Positions 35,272 through 40,716 of a stretch of DNA of 40,716 nt are shown one piece after another; position 1 is the stretch's first letter; every line of letters starts with the position of its first letter. The position numbers were made by a program, and so were the translations under genes. The stretch covers positions 1 to 40,716 of the IMG/VR virus record IMGVR_UViG_3300044724_002056. One strand, 5' to 3'. The DNA comes from a virus. Its lineage: Duplodnaviria; Caudoviricetes. The notes below the pieces were generated by a model that had not been told where the DNA came from, did no database searches, and saw only the letters and a list, made by a program, of their open reading frames with translations.

Positions 35272-36005
35272 AAAAATGACCCTCCACCAGATAGTCCTAA
35301 TTGTTTTGCGTAACGAGGCAATCTACATGCCCAGTATCCTGCTTTTGTCTTATCGTTCTGTTGGTCACACTTATGACGAGCAGCGAATGATTTACGAGCA
35401 GCAGGGTCGTTCAACTTAACTTTAAGTCCAGTTGTATCACCCCACGACACTTTCTTAATGTTTCCTGTAGATGGGTCTTTGACATACACATAGTATTTCT
35501 TCGGCCCACCACGCATTGGTTTACCCAGAGGTTTCTTCTCTTCTTCTTCAAAGATACAATCCAATGCAACGTTTTCACCGTTGAATGTTGCAAACTCACC
35601 AAGGTCAGATTCCATAATATCAACCTCGTTTGGTTGAATCTCAATCTCACCTTTACGGTATTGTTCTTTTATGTCTCTCCAGTATGCAAAATACATTTCT
35701 GAACCAACACGATATACATTATTCTCTACTAGTGAGGATTCTGTTCCACAATCGCAATGTTGATTAAATGTTTTCATTTCTGTCCTCAGTCTAGGTTCTC
35801 TTCTATTATACTTTTGTGATACAATAGATAAATTAGATTTATCGTTATTTAATGGATTATTATCCTTATGATGTACGTCTTTTTCGTCAGTAAGTTCTTT
35901 CCTTCCCTTTAATAGTTTACGAGCGGCATTACGAGCGGCTCTTTTCTTTTTTTGGTCAGGACGAGAATGATAATTTTCATACTCTTTTTTATAATTTCTA
36001 GGCAT
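35265..36005 (-). CDS. HNH-like domain fused to a conserved phage late-protein domain
   Basis: N-terminal RNYKKEY..RAARNAAR..DVHHKDNNPLNNDKSNL; C-terminal KKYYVYVK..KKVSWGD..ARKSFAARHKC..AGYWAC. Confidence 0.7.
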   Translation of the reverse strand: MPRNYKKEYENYHSRPDQKKKRAARNAARKLLKGRKELTDEKDVHHKDNNPLNNDKSNLSIVSQKYNRREPRLRTEMKTFNQHCDCGTESSLVENNVYRVGSEMYFAYWRDIKEQYRKGEIEIQPNEVDIMESDLGEFATFNGENVALDCIFEEEEKKPLGKPMRGGPKKYYVYVKDPSTGNIKKVSWGDTTGLKVKLNDPAARKSFAARHKCDQQNDKTKAGYWACRLPRYAKQLGLSGGGSFFW

Positions 36006-36286
36006 TATGATTCTGTTTCAATCTCACCGTCATACTTACCGTCTTCGATATCAATTATATGGTCATAACACTCGTTTTCTACTTGCGTTAGTGCGTCATA
36101 TATTTTATGAGGGCCTAAAACTGCACCAGTATATTGCCAACTGTTCATATCCTTTGCGAGTTTATTGACGGAAGTGATAATCTTTTTCACGTTAGTCACT
36201 TCTTTTCTCTGATTAAAAGTCTTACCAGTGAATTTAGTTTTTTTAGCGACTTGAATTCTTTCGTTAATTTCTTTAAATGTTTTCAT
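36005..36286 (-). CDS. Small putative internal head protein
   Basis: Starts MKTFKEINE. Confidence 0.65.
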   Translation of the reverse strand: MKTFKEINERIQVAKKTKFTGKTFNQRKEVTNVKKIITSVNKLAKDMNSWQYTGAVLGPHKIYDALTQVENECYDHIIDIEDGKYDGEIETES

Positions 36287-36525
36287 ATGTTTTCTACCGC
36301 AACTCTACCCTTACCTTGCATTTTCTTATTTAGTCGTTTTTTAACGTGGGCAGCTATTTGGTTAACAAATTTCATTTTGTTATGCCTAATATCGTTTTGT
36401 AATTTTGTTCTTAAATCTTTTAATACAAATTCAATCGCATCATTAAAATCTGTTATTAAAAGCGCCTTTTCAGATATCTCAGATATCTCTTCATATACTT
36501 CTTGGTATTGTTTAAACTTAATCAT
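36283..36525 (-). CDS. Small putative internal head protein
   Basis: Starts MIKFKQYQEVYEEISE. Confidence 0.6.
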   Translation of the reverse strand: MIKFKQYQEVYEEISEISEKALLITDFNDAIEFVLKDLRTKLQNDIRHNKMKFVNQIAAHVKKRLNKKMQGKGRVAVENI

Positions 36526-37247
36526 TATATTAAGTCCTCATTTACTAGAATACCTTCAGCAAAAACTGAACCAAAAACTGAACCAGATAATGACCTCAAC
36601 TGAAGTGCGATATCTGTTTTCTCATCATACTTAAATGGAAGTTGTCTTTGAATATTCATATTCTCAAAGAATGTTGTATCCGCAACTCTAAGGTCACGTC
36701 CATTTGATGCTTCTATAAAGTTTCTAAATCTTGCTGCCTTACCACCATTAGCGTCCGTACAAAACGCATCAATACGTTGTAAGAAGAAACAATGACCAGC
36801 TGGAACGGTATATATTGCTGCCTGATTTCTTCCTGTTCCTGCAAGAATCTTTGCATATGTTACTGCACTATTTGAAATAGTAATATCACCAACAGCATTA
36901 CCAACAGTCGTAATAACATCATTAATACGAAAGTACTGATTTGATGTAGTTAACGTTGTTGTTCCGTTAAGTGTCAAAGTTTCTTGAATTGTATTATAGT
37001 TTGCGTCAAGACCAATAATTAATATAGTAACTGCTGTATCACTTGCACTACTACTTACAACATCCATTGTAAGAGCAGAACTTGGAAACGCATAATTTCC
37101 TGCGACTTCCCACGGTGTTCTAAACTCAGTAGTGACGATATTTGATGCACCTGCTGTAGTTCCAAATATATTTCTTACAGACGCACCTTTTATCAAACCT
37201 CTTGCGAGGTTGATTTCCATCCCTTCTAAGTAGTGCGAATTTGCCAC
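36525..37247 (-). CDS. Beta-rich putative virion structural protein
   Basis: Thr/Ser/Gly-rich; IIGLDANY..ETLTLNG..YFRIN and YTVPAG motifs. Confidence 0.65.
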   Translation of the reverse strand: MANSHYLEGMEINLARGLIKGASVRNIFGTTAGASNIVTTEFRTPWEVAGNYAFPSSALTMDVVSSSASDTAVTILIIGLDANYNTIQETLTLNGTTTLTTSNQYFRINDVITTVGNAVGDITISNSAVTYAKILAGTGRNQAAIYTVPAGHCFFLQRIDAFCTDANGGKAARFRNFIEASNGRDLRVADTTFFENMNIQRQLPFKYDEKTDIALQLRSLSGSVFGSVFAEGILVNEDLI

Positions 37248-37251
37248 GAGA

Positions 37252-39945
37252 TTATCTACCTAATCGTTTTAATAAATTCTTAATAGAGTTTAAATCCTTT
37301 GATATCACTTTTTGAAACTTCTCTTTATCTTGAGGTTTCTTTAATACATTAAACATTTTATCAACTTTCTTTGCGTCTGCTTGAGATATCTTACCTTTCT
37401 TACCAGAAGGGAATTCAATCTCACCACCTTTAGGTAAGTCAGTTGCTTTACGTATTTGCATTAATACATTTTTAGATGCAGCTTTACGGTCAGCGTCTGT
37501 TGCCCTAATATCTTTAAAACCTTTAGGTTGAAAGTCAGGGTCAGAACTCATACCACGCATTGCGTCACGTCTTGCACGAGATTCTTTCATGCTGTTTGCT
37601 TTTTGTTGTGCCTTTTTATATGCACTGGGGTCTTTCTTTTTAATTTCCTGACCAACTTTTTTAAGAGTTTCTAGTTCACTTTTTGAAGGTTTATAATTTT
37701 TATTTCTTTTGAATTTACTTTTTATGTTTTCTATTGCTTTTTCAGTTTTACCAATAATATCAATTCCTGCCATTTCGGATGCTATAAGACCTATAAATGC
37801 GACTGCATTTACTCCCATAAAAGCTGTTAGTCCAGTTAAGAGAAAACTCGAAACATCTTCGTCAAGGTTTATAGATTCTTTTAAAGGTTTCTCACCTTTC
37901 TCTTTTTTAGAGATTGCAATCGCAGCTTGTTGAGCAGGAGAGACTGCTTCTTTTTTATTCAAGTTCTGAACAATCTTTTGAATGTTATCGCCTGGCTTAT
38001 AGTTCATGACTGCCTTACCTACGTCTGTAAGTTTGCCCTTCTTGTCATACATCATGTCAATCATTTTCAAGTCTGCTTTTGATAACTTTTCTTCTAATGA
38101 TTCTTTGTTTATCATTTTTTGATTTGAAAGTTTACCAATCAATGATAATACTGATTGTGACATTTGTAAGATATCTTCGTATTCTTTATTATACTTTTTA
38201 TCTTTGAGTTCCTTGTCACCCATGTTTACAATCTTCTGATAATTTTTCTTAATCTTTTCTGCATCTTTTGAAAGTTGTTTCATTGCATTGATTTCTTTAT
38301 CAGTGACTTCTGAAATGACTTCTTCGTTTGCTAATCGTAATGCTTTTGCTACATTCTTATTTTTTGACAAACCTTTTTTGATTGCTTCGATTCTTTTAAC
38401 TGCACCTGTCATATTACCACCCATTGAAGATGCAATGTCTATTGCTTTTCTAATTTGGGCTTGTTGAGACACTTCCATAATGTTACTAAATGATTTACCT
38501 TCTTTTAGTGGTTTATCATATCCACCACCGTGGTCTTCAGCAGTTTTAAGTTTTGCAATTTGATTAACCAAAGGTCTTAAATCTACTCTCCACTCTGGTT
38601 TTTTCTTGTCAAGTACCAAACCAATTTTATAAGCACTTGAACCTTGTTCAGGTGTTCCTGTTTCTAATTTAGATGTGATTTTATTTTTTCTCATAAAAGC
38701 TTGAGTTAGTTTCAATGCTTTTTCATAATCTTTTTTATTATCAGGTGAAGTAATTCTATCACCTTTACCACCTCTAAATTGAATATAGAAATCTACAATT
38801 CGTGGATAGTCTTTAATCATAGTAGGTTTAAATGCTTCTGTTGCAAACGCTTTTTGCATTACAGTTTCAATTTCTTTCTTCTTACCAATACCTACAACTT
38901 TTTCTAAGTCATATGAATTAAGTTTTTTCATACGTGCAACACGAGCGGCAAAAGGTTTCATAGATTTAATTTTATGCATTTGGTCAGCAACTTTCTTACC
39001 TTCTACTCCAGTATGATAATTAAGAACTTCGTTAACAGATTCTACTTGAGTATCAATATAATCTGCCATACCGTCAAGTTTATCAACTGCAACAGCAACC
39101 TTATTTGTCCACCACGTTGGTAGAGATTCTTGGTCACCTAACTTACCAAGTTCTGTATTCATTTTTTGAAGTGCAGACATAGCAGTCTTGACTTTATTCT
39201 TCATAGACTCTACATCATTATGACCGTCTTCATTAACTGATTCTTTTTTTCCTGCGTACTGTTTGAGTCGTCTTTCTCTCTCACGTTGCTTTCTAGCACG
39301 TTCTTCTTCATTATCTTTTTGACCCATCTTCATTTGACGCATTCTGCGTTCACGTTCTGCTTGTTGTTTTGCTTTTAAATCTGCCTTTTGTTTGTCAGTC
39401 ATTTGAGAAGGTGATACGTATTGTCCGTCTTCATTCATAGATAAAAGTTTCTTCGCTTTTGCACGGTCATGATATCTAAAAGAATATTTCTTGTTGTTGC
39501 CACGTTCCATAGCTTGAACAATATATCCAGTTGGACTTACCTTAATGACTTTTCCAAATAACTTATCACCACGTTCAGTTTCGTAGAAGTCCATTTCTTG
39601 ACCGACTTTTACTTGACCTTTAGTTTCTGTACCCATACCTTTACGTGCAAGAGTTCGATAGTTCTCTTTGAGTTCAGGTTTCTCGTGAGTATAACCCATT
39701 TTCTTCATACGCACGTGGTCTTCAGGTTTATTTGCTTTATAACCTTTACCAGTCTTTGGGTCATACATCATATGGGGTTCAAAGTCACTCTCTGCAACAC
39801 GTTTTGCAGTTGCAGTAGCGATTGCCATTTTCTTATCCATAGGCATATCTGGGTTGTCTTTCTCCATTGCTTTCGCAATCTCCTCACGTTTTTTCTTTTC
39901 CGCAGGAGTGAGAGTTTTTTCTATTAGTTGTTGGAACGATATCAT
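37252..39945 (-). CDS. Large (897 aa) modular charged protein, putative internal head polyprotein
   Basis: Starts MISFQQLIE; short modules separated by recurring ESVNE/LKE/ESLEE/LDE sites. Confidence 0.65.
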   Translation of the reverse strand: MISFQQLIEKTLTPAEKKKREEIAKAMEKDNPDMPMDKKMAIATATAKRVAESDFEPHMMYDPKTGKGYKANKPEDHVRMKKMGYTHEKPELKENYRTLARKGMGTETKGQVKVGQEMDFYETERGDKLFGKVIKVSPTGYIVQAMERGNNKKYSFRYHDRAKAKKLLSMNEDGQYVSPSQMTDKQKADLKAKQQAERERRMRQMKMGQKDNEEERARKQRERERRLKQYAGKKESVNEDGHNDVESMKNKVKTAMSALQKMNTELGKLGDQESLPTWWTNKVAVAVDKLDGMADYIDTQVESVNEVLNYHTGVEGKKVADQMHKIKSMKPFAARVARMKKLNSYDLEKVVGIGKKKEIETVMQKAFATEAFKPTMIKDYPRIVDFYIQFRGGKGDRITSPDNKKDYEKALKLTQAFMRKNKITSKLETGTPEQGSSAYKIGLVLDKKKPEWRVDLRPLVNQIAKLKTAEDHGGGYDKPLKEGKSFSNIMEVSQQAQIRKAIDIASSMGGNMTGAVKRIEAIKKGLSKNKNVAKALRLANEEVISEVTDKEINAMKQLSKDAEKIKKNYQKIVNMGDKELKDKKYNKEYEDILQMSQSVLSLIGKLSNQKMINKESLEEKLSKADLKMIDMMYDKKGKLTDVGKAVMNYKPGDNIQKIVQNLNKKEAVSPAQQAAIAISKKEKGEKPLKESINLDEDVSSFLLTGLTAFMGVNAVAFIGLIASEMAGIDIIGKTEKAIENIKSKFKRNKNYKPSKSELETLKKVGQEIKKKDPSAYKKAQQKANSMKESRARRDAMRGMSSDPDFQPKGFKDIRATDADRKAASKNVLMQIRKATDLPKGGEIEFPSGKKGKISQADAKKVDKMFNVLKKPQDKEKFQKVISKDLNSIKNLLKRLGR

Positions 39946-40166
39946 TATGCTAAATCCTTGTCGTGGTTCAGACCACCTTTCTTCTTTTTAACTATAAAGG
40001 CATTTACCCTTGCATATCCCCATTGTTGAGGAGTAGTGCCTGGCCTGTGACCAGTCTTCCAAGCGGCAACGCCACGGTTGTAAACTTTTTTGAGAGTACC
40101 ATAAGAAATACCAGACTTATCTGCTTTCTTTTTTAGTGCTTCGTCTGCTTCGTATAACTTAATCAT
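39945..40166 (-). CDS. Small basic protein (DUF5824-like)
   Basis: Probable start MIKLYE at 40166; LKKKADKSG..LKKVYNRGVAAWKTGHRPG..QQWGYARVN. Confidence 0.7.
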   Translation of the reverse strand: MIKLYEADEALKKKADKSGISYGTLKKVYNRGVAAWKTGHRPGTTPQQWGYARVNAFIVKKKKGGLNHDKDLA

Positions 40167-40716
40167 TTGGTCTTGTCTTTCTATTTTTTGTTCTTGCACG
40201 TGCAAGTCTGGCACGGTCAAGCATAGTGTCGTGTTTTGTTTTATCCTGTTCTTTCTCTCTTTTAATTCTGTCTTTTGCTATTTGTACTGCGTCTTCTTGT
40301 TCCATAGGAGTATCTTTCTTATACTTCTTCAGAAGTTTAGTAGTACCTTCTTCTCCTGCACCCTTTTCCTCACCATACATATCTTTGAATGATTTGGTAT
40401 ACTTGGACGGTTTTGTCTTTGCGGTTGCATCGCCTGGGGCAGGTTTATATGCAGATTGGTCATCATCTGCTTTCTTACCGTGTTTCTTAAAGTGTGTGTC
40501 TCTCTTACTCTTAGTAGTTTTCTTTAGACCTGCAAAATACTTCTTAGGTTGAGTCCCTTCTTTGTCTTTAATGTCAGGGTCTTGAACTGCTTTCTTTTCT
40601 ACAAGTTCTACTGCGTCCAACCACTTACGAACTTTGCGGTCACCACATTCTACGATAACATAGTTAGAACCTAATACAGATACAATACCTACTTCATCGC
40701 TTTCTTTGATAACAAC
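40159..40716 (-). CDS. 3' part of a gene truncated by the window edge; resembles the C-terminal region of T4-like phage cytidyltransferase-domain proteins
   Basis: Frame is open to the window end (VVIKESDEVGIVSVLGSNYVIVECGDRKVRKWLDAV...), followed by a Lys-rich PKKYFAGL...KTKPSKYTK region. Confidence 0.6.
   Translation of the reverse strand, partial: VVIKESDEVGIVSVLGSNYVIVECGDRKVRKWLDAVELVEKKAVQDPDIKDKEGTQPKKYFAGLKKTTKSKRDTHFKKHGKKADDDQSAYKPAPGDATAKTKPSKYTKSFKDMYGEEKGAGEEGTTKLLKKYKKDTPMEQEDAVQIAKDRIKREKEQDKTKHDTMLDRARLARARTKNRKTRPND

Noticed and set aside
1319-40552. Many plus-strand ORFs in the track (for example 2117-2479, 2762-3196, 27256-27708, 33415-34047)
   Set aside because: Antisense shadows of well-supported minus-strand genes, with Ser/Phe/Leu-rich translations mirroring Lys/Glu codons and no motifs.
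1-40716. Stop-codon reassignment
   Set aside because: Conserved genes are full length under the standard code and end in TAA, TGA or TAG; no suppressor tRNA was seen.

Overview
A densely coding, AT-rich segment of a large T4-like (myovirus) phage genome, probably aquatic; the host cannot be determined from this window. Almost everything from 921 to 40716 is on the minus strand. The T4-like assignment rests on TATAAATA late promoters, near-consensus sigma70 early promoters, nrdA/nrdB, PhoH, a DenA-like GIY-YIG nuclease and several proteins with T4 capsid-targeting-like N-termini. From left to right: (i) a zeta-toxin-like P-loop kinase and two tRNA-Arg genes; (ii) an ~18 kb tailoring-enzyme island (1382-19281) with many glycosyltransferase-like genes, sulfotransferases, methyltransferases, a HAD/nucleotidyltransferase fusion, a cupin, a Cj1417-like glutamine amidotransferase, a ferritin-like diiron enzyme, a radical SAM protein, a carbamoyltransferase and a DNA methyltransferase; (iii) an M15 peptidase, phoH, panD, small early genes and two adenylate-forming enzyme paralogues; (iv) nrdB and an nrdA carrying an embedded glutaredoxin; (v) a late/virion region interleaved with an asparagine-synthetase-like gene and a further sulfotransferase-like gene. 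The most unusual signals are a conditional restriction-site avoidance pattern (CCWGG and GGNCC seen only when overlapped by GCC, GATC not seen), the late-promoter-driven modification operon, and a 41-bp duplication that creates a translationally coupled minigene. All product calls are by motif recognition by eye; no searches or counts were computed.
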